DNA from: an uncultured delta proteobacterium
GTDB lineage: Bacteria; Myxococcota_A; Polyangia; Polyangiales; Polyangiaceae
NCBI GenBank assembly: GCA_903858055.1
Contig: CAIOHM010000382.1
Location: 1 to 33,929, forward strand
Reading direction: 5' to 3'
Length of the DNA stretch: 33,929 nt
In this document: positions 18,071 through 25,629 of the stretch, one piece after another
Numbering within the stretch: position 1 is the first letter of the stretch
Layout: the number at the start of each line of letters is the position of its first letter
Translations under genes and position numbers: made by a program
The notes under the pieces: generated by a model
Databases searched by the model: none
Seen by the model: only the letters and a program-made list of their open reading frames with translations
Told to the model about the DNA's origin: nothing

Positions 18071-18505
18071 TCAGGGCGTCGCGCTCTTCTCGTTCGAGGG
18101 AGGCGAGACGCGGCCGGCCTGCTCGCACCGAAGCCGATACGTGTAGAGCACACCGGCCTGCATGCCGTCTTGGTGGAGGTTGTCGTAGGCGCCGTCGACA
18201 CGGAAGACTTCGCGCCAAGGCTCGCCCTCGCTCGCGCGCTCGCCGACGACCGCGACGCAGCGAACCGCGGGGTTCGTCCACATCACGTGGAGCCCGCCAT
18301 CCATGCGCATGAGCCGGTCGAGCGTGGGCGACGCCAACGTGGCGTCTTCGAGGAGCGCCGCGTCGGGCGGGGTCGCGCTCGCATCCGCGCCGGGCGAGGC
18401 ACCCGCCGCCCCGTGGGACGCGTGGGCGTCGTCGTCGTGGGCGCCGCAGGAGGCCACCGCAAGACACAGGGCGAGGGACGCGAACAGCGAGGAACGGAGG
18501 GGCAT
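18071..18505 (-). CDS. Small lipoprotein with FN3-like C-terminal domain, function unknown
   Basis: Track ORF 18071..18535. ATG 18503-18505 gives MPLRSSLFASLALCLAVASC (lipobox VASC). GTG 18535 is an alternative start. The C-terminus (LHVMWTNPAVRC...GVLYTYRLRCEQAGRVSPPSNE) resembles a fibronectin-III strand pattern. Strong GC3. Confidence 0.65.
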   Translation of the reverse strand: MPLRSSLFASLALCLAVASCGAHDDDAHASHGAAGASPGADASATPPDAALLEDATLASPTLDRLMRMDGGLHVMWTNPAVRCVAVVGERASEGEPWREVFRVDGAYDNLHQDGMQAGVLYTYRLRCEQAGRVSPPSNEKSATP

Positions 18506-18602
18506 CGGGCACCGGGAGGCGAAGAGGTCGCGCACGCGTGAGTCGTGCTCGCTCTCCTGGGCGCGAAGGGTCCCCGCCGTGACCGGCGTGCGCGCGTCTT
18601 CT

Positions 18603-18935
18603 TCAGACGGTGCGGCCGTGCGAGGCCATCAAGCGTTCGATGAGGACCCGCGAGTCTTCCGAAAGATCCTTGAAGACCACACCCATTCCTGGCGGGTCGC
18701 TCTCGTGGCGCACGACCTCGCCGGTACCTTCGATGGTCTCGATGCCGTCCATCAGGATCGTGAAGTGGATGCGCACCTCGGTGCCCACGGGCAGCGCGCT
18801 CGACGACTTGATGAAGACGCCGGTGCGGCTGATGTTCGTGATGTACTCCTGGATGAACTCGTCGACGGACTCGAATTCCTTGTTGATCGTCAGCCGGTCG
18901 TTGCTGCGCTTGTCGGATCGGACGTCGTCGTTCAT
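18603..18935 (-). CDS. Stand-alone PilZ domain protein (TIGR02266-like), predicted c-di-GMP receptor
   Basis: Track ORF 18603..18980, trimmed to ATG 18933-18935 (MNDDVRSDKRSNDRLTI...). Both halves of the c-di-GMP binding signature are present: RxxxR (RSNDR) and, 20 aa later, (D/N)xSxxG (NISRTG). The C-terminal PGMGVVF motif is typical of the myxobacterial PilZ paralog family. Confidence 0.8.
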   Translation of the reverse strand: MNDDVRSDKRSNDRLTINKEFESVDEFIQEYITNISRTGVFIKSSSALPVGTEVRIHFTILMDGIETIEGTGEVVRHESDPPGMGVVFKDLSEDSRVLIERLMASHGRTV

Positions 18936-18997
18936 GGGCAGGGCCTTCGACCGGGAGAATAACCCCGGAACGGCGCGCAACCCTTCGACTATTTCCG

Positions 18998-19027
18998 AAA
19001 AAAAGAGCGAGCCCCTCGCGGGCCCGC
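18998..19027 (-). terminator. Rho-independent terminator after the RNase E/G gene
   Basis: The minus strand reads GCGGGCCC-GCGAG-GGGCTCGC: an 8-bp stem with one G-U pair and a 5-nt loop. It is followed by TC and T7 (A-run 18998-19004 on the plus strand). Confidence 0.75.
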
Positions 19028-19037
19028 CCTTCTCGCC

Positions 19038-21287
19038 TCACTTGCCGACGAGGTCGAACTGCTCGAGGTGGTACTCTTGCCGTGGCACCACGTGGATCTT
19101 CCGCATGAAGCGGTTCTCGGCTTCTTGCAGCGCCGCGCGGTCGACGGTGGTGAGCACGTCCGCGACGGCCGGGTGCGCGTTGCAGACCACGGTGTAGCCC
19201 GGGAGGTCTTTGCGGCGACGCCCGATCTCGCGGAGGATCTCGTACGCCACGGTCTCCTTCGACTGCAGGTTGCCCGTGCCGTCGCAGTAGAAGCAGGGCT
19301 CGTGAAGGATGCGCCCGAGGCTCTCGCGCGTGCGCTTGCGGGTCATCTCGATGAGGCCGAGGTCGCTGATGCGGTTCAGCGTGGTCTTGGCCTTGTCCTT
19401 CTGCAGGAGCTCTTCGAGCTTGCGGCGCACCTTCTCACGCGACGACGACGACTCCATGTCGATGAGGTCGAGAATGATGAGCCCGCCGATGTTGCGGAAG
19501 CGCAGCTGGTAGGCGATCTCGTGCACGGCCTCGAGGTTCGTCTTGAGGATCGTCTCCTCCATGTCCTTCGAGCCCTTGCCCACGAAGCGACCGGTGTTGA
19601 CGTCGATCGCGGTGAGCGCCTCGGCCTCGTCGATGACGAGGTAGCCGCCGCTCGGGAGCGGGACCTTGCGCGCGAGCGAGCGGCCGAGTTCGTCTTCGAG
19701 ACCGTAGGCGTCGAACAGCGGCTCGGTACCTTGGTAGTGCTCGATGTCCTTCACGCGCTCGGGCATGAAGGTCTCGACGAAGCGCACGAGGCGCTCGTAC
19801 TGGGCGCGATCGTCGATGACGATACGCTCGACTTCGTCGGTGAAGAGGTCGCGCGCGGTCTTGAGCACGAGGTCGAGCTCGCTCGAAAGAATCGCGGGGG
19901 CACGGGCGCCTTCACGCTTCTTGGCGATCTCGCCCCAGAGGCGCACGAGGTAGCCGACGTCCTGCTTGAGCTGCTTCTTCGTGAGCCCTTCGGCGACGGT
20001 GCGCACGATGAGACCACCCGTGGGCGGCTTCACGGTCTCGATGACCTCGCGGAGGCGGGCACGCTCGGCCTCGGATCCGATGCGCTTCGAGACACCGAAA
20101 TGGTCGAGCGTGGGCAGGAAGACGACGTAGCGGCCCGCGAGCGTGATGTGGCTCGAGCAGCGTGCGCCCTTCGTGCTGATGGGCTCCTTCGTGATCTGCA
20201 CGAGGATCTCTTGACCCTCCTTCACGACCTCGTTGATGGGCGTGGTCTTCGAGAGACGCTGGGGCACGTTCGCGCCGCCACGGCCGCTCTTCTTGCCGTC
20301 TTGACCCCCACGAGCCTCCGCACGGCCGCCGCGATCGCCGCCGCGGTCGTTGCGCTCACCGCGCTCGCCACCCTTTTCTTTGCCGCGACCACGGCGCCAA
20401 CGACGACGGCGTCCACCGCCTTCTTCGCGCGGCGTCGCCGCCTTCGCCATCGTGGTGTCGTCGCCCACGGTGAAGCCCGGGAGGTCGTCGCCCACGGTGA
20501 AGCCGGGGAGGTCGTCGCCTTCCCCTTCGCCCGCGGCATCGACCGCCTCGTCGCCTTCCGCTTCGTCGCCTTCGGCCGCGTCCGCGTCTTCCTCGTCGTC
20601 GGCTTCTTCCGCGTCTTCGACGTCTTCCGCGTCCGCGTCTTCGCCTTCCGCTTCGTCGCCCTCGGCCGCGCCGTTCGCGTCGAAGTCGTGCGCGTGCGCC
20701 TTGGCCTCGGCGACCTCGTCTGCGGTCGGCTCGGCCGCCAGGGGTGCCGCCGCCTCGACCGCACCAACGGCCGGGACCGACTCAGGGTCTGCGGGCACGA
20801 GCACCGGCGCGCTCTCGAGCGCCATGGGGACGCCGCCTTCGAGCGCAGCCTCCGCGAGCGAGTGGAGGCTCTCGGCCGGCTCGGGGATTCGAACGGCCGA
20901 CGGTGCCGCCGCCGCGACGGGCGCGGGCAGGATGGGCAAGTCGTCGTCGGGCGCCGCCGCGGGGGGAGCGCCACCGCGCGCCGAGCGCTTGTCGTCCTCG
21001 TCACGAGCCGCCTTGCGACCGCCCGCGAGGAACGCGTCGTAGTCGTCCGGGCGAATCAGGTCTTCGACGTGGAGGAACGCGGCGCGCTCGAGGCCGATGT
21101 CGATGAAGGCCGCCTGGAGGCCCGGGAGCACGCGCGTGACGCGACCGAGGAAGACGTCACCGGCGGTGCCGCCCTTTTGCTGCTGACCGCGACGCTCGAT
21201 GTGAAGCTCGGCGAGGATGCCGTCTTCGATGAGGGCCACGCGCGTCTCGCGCAGATCGGCGCTGATGACGAGGAAGTTCTTGGCCAT
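19038..21287 (-). CDS. RNase E/G family endoribonuclease with a ~260-aa charged insertion in the S1 domain and no C-terminal scaffold
   Basis: Track ORF 19038..21416, trimmed to ATG 21285-21287 (MAKNFLVISADLRETRVALIEDG...). S1 core motifs are GDVFLGRVTRVLPGLQAAFIDIGLERAAFLH and, after the insert, VKEGQEILVQITKEPISTKGARCSSHITLAGRYVVFLP. The catalytic core follows (GGLIVRT, GGLIILDLIDM, CFYCDGTG Zn-link-like). The protein ends right after the small domain, like RNase G. Confidence 0.9.
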   Translation of the reverse strand: MAKNFLVISADLRETRVALIEDGILAELHIERRGQQQKGGTAGDVFLGRVTRVLPGLQAAFIDIGLERAAFLHVEDLIRPDDYDAFLAGGRKAARDEDDKRSARGGAPPAAAPDDDLPILPAPVAAAAPSAVRIPEPAESLHSLAEAALEGGVPMALESAPVLVPADPESVPAVGAVEAAAPLAAEPTADEVAEAKAHAHDFDANGAAEGDEAEGEDADAEDVEDAEEADDEEDADAAEGDEAEGDEAVDAAGEGEGDDLPGFTVGDDLPGFTVGDDTTMAKAATPREEGGGRRRRWRRGRGKEKGGERGERNDRGGDRGGRAEARGGQDGKKSGRGGANVPQRLSKTTPINEVVKEGQEILVQITKEPISTKGARCSSHITLAGRYVVFLPTLDHFGVSKRIGSEAERARLREVIETVKPPTGGLIVRTVAEGLTKKQLKQDVGYLVRLWGEIAKKREGARAPAILSSELDLVLKTARDLFTDEVERIVIDDRAQYERLVRFVETFMPERVKDIEHYQGTEPLFDAYGLEDELGRSLARKVPLPSGGYLVIDEAEALTAIDVNTGRFVGKGSKDMEETILKTNLEAVHEIAYQLRFRNIGGLIILDLIDMESSSSREKVRRKLEELLQKDKAKTTLNRISDLGLIEMTRKRTRESLGRILHEPCFYCDGTGNLQSKETVAYEILREIGRRRKDLPGYTVVCNAHPAVADVLTTVDRAALQEAENRFMRKIHVVPRQEYHLEQFDLVGK
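20457..20519 (-). repeat. In-frame 27-bp tandem repeat (2.3 copies) inside the RNase E/G insertion
   Basis: GTCGTCGCCCACGGTGAAGCCCGGGAG (20457-20483) is repeated at 20484-20510 with one mismatch, then a partial copy follows. It encodes DDLPGFTVG-DDLPGFTVG-DD. A second repeat pair, 30 nt and 29/30 identical, lies at 20551-20580 and 20641-20670, exactly 90 nt apart, and encodes AAEGDEAEG(D/E). Confidence 0.9.
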
Positions 21288-21618
21288 GGGGGCTCGGAGG
21301 GGCTGAGGCCCTCGGCGACCACGGTCGCAACGGTGTTTTCGGCTGGTTCGGGCCCGTGCCCCTCGGCGAAGAGCGGGTGGGGCGGAGCGGGTGCGGTCGC
21401 GTCGCCCGGCGCGCATGGCGCGGCCGAAGCGGGGACCCAGGAAAGCAACGTGTTTGCGACGGTGACCGCGAGGGGCGGTAAAAACTCGGTGGGGTGGAGG
21501 AAACTGGCGGTCCGCGGACTGAGCCGCGTGTACCTAACGTGCACTCTACCCGATTCGCCGCGCGCTTTCCACAGGTTCGTGAGCCCGTTTCGCGAGACAA
21601 AACCCAATCATTTCGCCC
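21288..21618 (-). promoter_or_regulatory. Long non-coding leader / promoter region of the RNase E/G gene
   Basis: A 331-bp gap between the grxC stop and the RNase E/G ATG, with visibly lower GC and no GC3-biased frame. The candidate sigma-70-type promoter on the minus strand is TGGAAA (21571-21566), a 17-bp spacer, then TAGAGT (21548-21543). That would give a ~250-nt 5' UTR. Small hairpins are present, e.g. GCGACC-GT-GGTCGC (21315-21328). Confidence 0.35.
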
Positions 21619-21873
21619 TCAACGCCCCACGAGCGGCAGGAGCTTGCCCGCTCCGTCGAGCGCGTAGAGGTCGTCGCAGCCCCCGACCGGCTCCTCGCCG
21701 ATGAAGATTTGCGGGACCGTGCGTCGGCCCGTGGTCTCGACGAGCCAGCTTCGCTTCTCGGGGTCGTGCGTGACGTCGACCTCGGCATAGGGAATGCCCC
21801 GGCGGTCGAGCAGCGCCTTCGCGCGGACGCAGTAGGGGCAGACCTTCGTGGTGTAGACCGTGACCGGGACCAT
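21619..21873 (-). CDS. grxC: Glutaredoxin 3
   Basis: C-terminal 84 aa of track ORF 21619..22530: MVPVTVYTTKVCPYCVRAKALLDRRGIPYAEVDV...GRRTVPQIFIGEEPVGGCDDLYALDGAGKL. The CPYC active site, TVPQIF and GG(C/Y)DDL motifs are present. An alternative ATG lies at 21883-21885 (MLRT extension). Confidence 0.88.
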   Translation of the reverse strand: MVPVTVYTTKVCPYCVRAKALLDRRGIPYAEVDVTHDPEKRSWLVETTGRRTVPQIFIGEEPVGGCDDLYALDGAGKLLPLVGR

Positions 21874-21970
21874 GGTCCGCAGCATGGGGTCAACGCCGCA
21901 CGTTGTCACCCCTCGCGTCGTCACCGCCTCAAAGTTGCCGAGCGCCCGGAGGTGCCCCAAGGTGCCCGCC

Positions 21971-23440
21971 ATGCACGTGCATCTCTTGGGCGTTTGTGGC
22001 ACCGGCATGGGATCGCTTGCGGCGCTGCTCCGCGAGGCGGGGCATCGCGTCTCGGGCTCGGACACCTCGTTCGATCCGCCGATGGGCCCAATGCTTCGCG
22101 AGCTTGGCGTCGCCCTGCACGAAGGCTGGGAGCGTGCGCACGTGGGCTCCGACACGGACCTCGTCGTCGTGGGCAACGTCATTCGGCGCACGAACCCCGT
22201 GGCCGAAGCGCTCGAGGCCGAGAGCGCGGCGCGCACGAGCATGTCCGGGGCGCTCCGTCGCTTCTTCCTCGCGGGCAAGAAGCCGCTCGTCGTGTGCGGC
22301 ACGCACGGCAAGACCACGACCACGACGCTCGCGACGACGATCCTCCGCGAGGCCGGCCTCGAGCCCGGGTGGTTCATCGGCGGCAAGCCCAAGGGGCTCC
22401 CCGCAAGCGCGGCGGTCGGCGGCAAGCGTCGCCTCGTCGCTCCGGCCGGAGCACCCGGGTCGACGGGCGCGGTACCCTTCTGCCTCGAGGGCGACGAGTA
22501 CGACGCGGTGTATTGGCACAAGGAGCCCAAGTTTCTCGACTACGTCGGCGTCGGCGAAGACGACGTCGCCATCGTGACCTCGGTCGAGCACGACCACGCA
22601 GACATCTACCCCACGGTTGCGGCCTACGAAGACGCGTTCGCGAGGCTTTTCGCTGCACTTCCTACCGGCGGCCTCGCGGTCGTCGACGCACGCGAAGAGG
22701 CGGCGGTGCGCCTCGCCAAAGCGCACGCGAAGTGCCGCGTGGTCTTCTACGGCCTCGAGAGCGACCCGGTGCACCACACGACACCCGACTGGCTCGGCGC
22801 AAAGGCGTCACCGACCGATCGTGGCGCGCAGACCTTCGATCTTTACGCCGGAGGCATGGCGTGCGGGCGCTTCGAGCTTCCGGCCCCGGGCGACCACAAC
22901 GTGCGCAACGCCATCGCGGCGGTTGCAGCATGCACGCAAGGCTTCGGCGTCACCATGGCGTCCGCGAAGCAAGGTCTCGCGCGCTTCAGCGGCGTCGCGC
23001 GTCGCCAGGACGTGCTCGGTGAGCCGCGCGGCATCACCGTGATCGACGACTTCGCGCATCACCCCACTGCGGTCGACGAGACCCTCCGCGCACTCCGTGC
23101 AGCCTACACGGGTCGTCGCCTCGTCGCCGTCTTCGAGCCGCGCAGCGCAACCGCTTGCCGCAGCATGCACCAGGAGGCGTATGCGCGCGCCTTTGGAGCG
23201 GCGGATCGCGTGTTTCTCGCGCCGCTTGGCCGCATGAACATCGCCCCCGAAGAGCGCCTCGATCTCGATCGCTTGGTGGTCGACCTCGGCGCGAAGGCAA
23301 ACCTCACCACGAGCCTCGAGGAGCTTCAACGAAGCGTGCTCGAAGCGGCTCGCCCCGGCGACGTGCTCGCGTTTCTGTCGAACGGTGCTTTCGGAGGGCT
23401 GCCGCGCAAGGTGCTCACGGCGCTCGACGCCGTCACCTGA
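21971..23440 (+). CDS. mpl: UDP-N-acetylmuramate:L-alanyl-gamma-D-glutamyl-meso-diaminopimelate ligase (murein peptide ligase)
   Basis: Track ORF 21860..23440, trimmed to ATG 21971 (MHVHLLGVCGTGMGSLAALLREAGHRVSGSD). Mur-ligase P-loop GTHGKTTTT. Mpl-type motifs EGDEYDAVYWHKEPKFLDY, VEHDHADIY, DDFAHHPTAV and SNGAFGG are present. Confidence 0.88.
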   Translation: MHVHLLGVCGTGMGSLAALLREAGHRVSGSDTSFDPPMGPMLRELGVALHEGWERAHVGSDTDLVVVGNVIRRTNPVAEALEAESAARTSMSGALRRFFLAGKKPLVVCGTHGKTTTTTLATTILREAGLEPGWFIGGKPKGLPASAAVGGKRRLVAPAGAPGSTGAVPFCLEGDEYDAVYWHKEPKFLDYVGVGEDDVAIVTSVEHDHADIYPTVAAYEDAFARLFAALPTGGLAVVDAREEAAVRLAKAHAKCRVVFYGLESDPVHHTTPDWLGAKASPTDRGAQTFDLYAGGMACGRFELPAPGDHNVRNAIAAVAACTQGFGVTMASAKQGLARFSGVARRQDVLGEPRGITVIDDFAHHPTAVDETLRALRAAYTGRRLVAVFEPRSATACRSMHQEAYARAFGAADRVFLAPLGRMNIAPEERLDLDRLVVDLGAKANLTTSLEELQRSVLEAARPGDVLAFLSNGAFGGLPRKVLTALDAVT

Positions 23441-23454
23441 GCGGGCGATCGCTC

Positions 23455-25629
23455 TCAGAGCCCCCAGGCCCGCAGCGCCTTCTCGAGCGCGCCGTCGACG
23501 ACGACCGGCTCACGCTTGCTGGCCTGCGGCGCGTGCGTGAGCTCGCGCTCGAGACGGCGAAACCCTTCGCGCAGCGCGGCCGGCACCTGCACCTCGTGCG
23601 TGCGGCACTCGGGGTCGCTCGCCCACACGCAGAGGCGCGCGTCGACGCCGTCCGGCGACTCGAGCGCAAGCGCGCCCACCCAAAAGGCTCGCGCACGGCC
23701 ACTCGACACGCTCGCCATGTCGTCACGGCCGTCGCGCCAGAGCGGGCGACCACTGCTGCGTGCGATCTTCCCCACGCCGAAGAGCTCGGCGACGGTCGCG
23801 TGGACGTCGCGCATGGCGACCGGTTCGCCCGTGAGGCGCGGCAAGCCGAGCGTCAGCAGCGGAGCGACGAGCGTGTCGTGGGCCAAAAGCACGCCTTCGT
23901 CGTACGCGAGCGGATCGTGGCGCTTGAACCCCACGTCCGTCGTGACGACGAACACCGTCTTCGGGTTCGCGCGGCGCACGTCGCTGACCACCTTCGCGAG
24001 GAGCGTGAGCTGCTTCGCGAGCGACGCGTCGTGGAGCGCGTCGAGGCGCGTGCGATCGGCCTCCGTGAGGCGCAGGGGACCGCGCGGGTGCCGCGACCAC
24101 CACGAGCCCACCTGGGCCGGATCGATCGTACCCGTATAGCCCGTCGGCGCGAGGGTCTGCGCCTCCGCCGGCCGCAAGTCGAAGGGCGCGTGGCCGCCGC
24201 GCAGGTGCACGAGCGCGAAGAAGCGTCGCGGACGGATCTGATCGAACCAGTCCGCGAAGTCTTGCAGCGGTGCCGTCGCGGCCTCGAGCGGCGCATGGGT
24301 GCTCGCGCGGTCCCAGTCGGGCACGAGGAAGCCGTGGGCTGCACCGGTCAGCGGATGGCCGCTCGCGTAGAACGTCTCGACACCGCTGCCTTTCAGCGCG
24401 CGAGGCAGGGAAAGAAAGCCGGGGCTCACGCGCGCATCGGCGTCGAACACTCCGCCAAGCTCGGGGCGCTGCCCGCTGAGCAAGAGCGCGATCGCCGCGT
24501 TTCCCGTGAGGGCGCCGCTCCGGTACCGCGAGGCTACGAGGGCCGGCTCGCCTCCCTCGAAGACCGCGCGCAGCGCCGGAAGGTCACTCGTGCCCACGTG
24601 GCTCAGCACGACGACGACGACGCCGTCGGTCGCGGGTCCTGGCTCCGGCGCGGGCTCGGCCGGTGTCGACCAGCCAAGATCGGCGACGAGGAGCCTGCTC
24701 CCTTGCGTGGCTCGCACGACGCGCACTTCGAGCGCCGCCATCGTCGTACCGGCGATCGCCGGCGCGCCGCCGTCGAGGCGCAGCCAGTTCTTGTCGGCTC
24801 CTTTCAGGACGACACGCGCCACCGGCGGCAAGTCACGCTCGGGCACGTGCCAGCGCAGCTCCGCCTCGATCTCGCCGCTCCCCTCCACGGCGAGTGCAGC
24901 GGTGGTCGACGCGTTCGGCGCAACGGGCATCGCGCACGCCACCGAGGTGCCTTCGGGCAGGGAAAACGCTTTGTAACTCTCGCCGCCGCGCGCTGCGACA
25001 CGCGAGACCGATCGCCGCGCGGGGCGTGCCATCTTGTCGAGAGCGAGTCCGTCGCGGTGCACGTGCACCCAATCGACGAGGGCACGCCCGCTGCCCATGC
25101 GCGAGCCGGTCGCGCGCCGCGCCGCGAGGGCGACCACGTTCTCACCGGCCACGAGAGTGCCCTTCTCGATGCGGAGGGTCTCGATCCGCGGAGGCCCCGC
25201 GTCGATGCGAACGGCGCCCACGACGCGATCGTTGACGACCACGCTGAGTGTTCGGCTCTCCGTCGCGACGACCCGAAGATCGATGGCCCATGCTTCCCCG
25301 GCGAGCGCTTCCCCGGCGTCGAGGGCGAAGCCCGCGCGGAGCGTGCGCGCGTCGATCGCCCACCACGAAGCGCCCTCGCGCTCTTCCTCTTCGACCCCGG
25401 AGGCGTCACGGAGACGCCAGCGTTCGGCTTCCTCACCAAAGTCGAGGAACGGCCCGCCCTGCGTGAACGTGCACGCGGCGGGGGTGCTCGCCGCTCGAAA
25501 ACGAACGACGGGCTCGGGTGCGGCTCCGGCGTCGGTCGCCACGACCGCCTCGAGGACGGGCGGCGGCTTTCTGCATCCTGCAACGATGCAGAATACAGCG
25601 ATTGCCGCAACGAGGCCGCGAAGGTTCAC
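23455..25629 (-). CDS. Lipoprotein with N-terminal beta-rich region and C-terminal sulfatase / alkaline-phosphatase-superfamily-like domain (several canonical motif positions substituted)
   Basis: Track ORF of 724 aa with a GTG start at 25627-25629. Signal peptide and lipobox: MNLRGLVAAIAVFCIVAGC. The C-terminal half aligns by eye to sulfatase-family blocks. GVVVVVLSHVG lies where xxDD is usual. TGNAAIALLLSGQRP lies where CxPxRxxxLTG is usual. FFALVHLRGGHAPFD matches the pH-P-y block. TVFVVTTDVGF lies where SDHG is usual. Confidence 0.6.
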   Translation of the reverse strand: MNLRGLVAAIAVFCIVAGCRKPPPVLEAVVATDAGAAPEPVVRFRAASTPAACTFTQGGPFLDFGEEAERWRLRDASGVEEEEREGASWWAIDARTLRAGFALDAGEALAGEAWAIDLRVVATESRTLSVVVNDRVVGAVRIDAGPPRIETLRIEKGTLVAGENVVALAARRATGSRMGSGRALVDWVHVHRDGLALDKMARPARRSVSRVAARGGESYKAFSLPEGTSVACAMPVAPNASTTAALAVEGSGEIEAELRWHVPERDLPPVARVVLKGADKNWLRLDGGAPAIAGTTMAALEVRVVRATQGSRLLVADLGWSTPAEPAPEPGPATDGVVVVVLSHVGTSDLPALRAVFEGGEPALVASRYRSGALTGNAAIALLLSGQRPELGGVFDADARVSPGFLSLPRALKGSGVETFYASGHPLTGAAHGFLVPDWDRASTHAPLEAATAPLQDFADWFDQIRPRRFFALVHLRGGHAPFDLRPAEAQTLAPTGYTGTIDPAQVGSWWSRHPRGPLRLTEADRTRLDALHDASLAKQLTLLAKVVSDVRRANPKTVFVVTTDVGFKRHDPLAYDEGVLLAHDTLVAPLLTLGLPRLTGEPVAMRDVHATVAELFGVGKIARSSGRPLWRDGRDDMASVSSGRARAFWVGALALESPDGVDARLCVWASDPECRTHEVQVPAALREGFRRLERELTHAPQASKREPVVVDGALEKALRAWGL

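Noticed and set aside
20350-20720. Short tandem and dispersed repeats that could suggest a CRISPR or minisatellite locus
   Set aside because: All repeats are in-frame multiples of 3 inside the RNase E/G coding sequence and encode acidic peptide repeats. There is no repeat-spacer architecture and there are no cas genes.
19068-21704. 878-aa plus-strand ORF, plus the 183-aa and 147-aa minus-strand ORFs at 21056..21607
   Set aside because: The first is antisense to RNase E/G and runs through a non-coding leader and grxC. The other two are off-frame and extend from the leader into the RNase E/G coding region. None shows GC3 bias or motifs.
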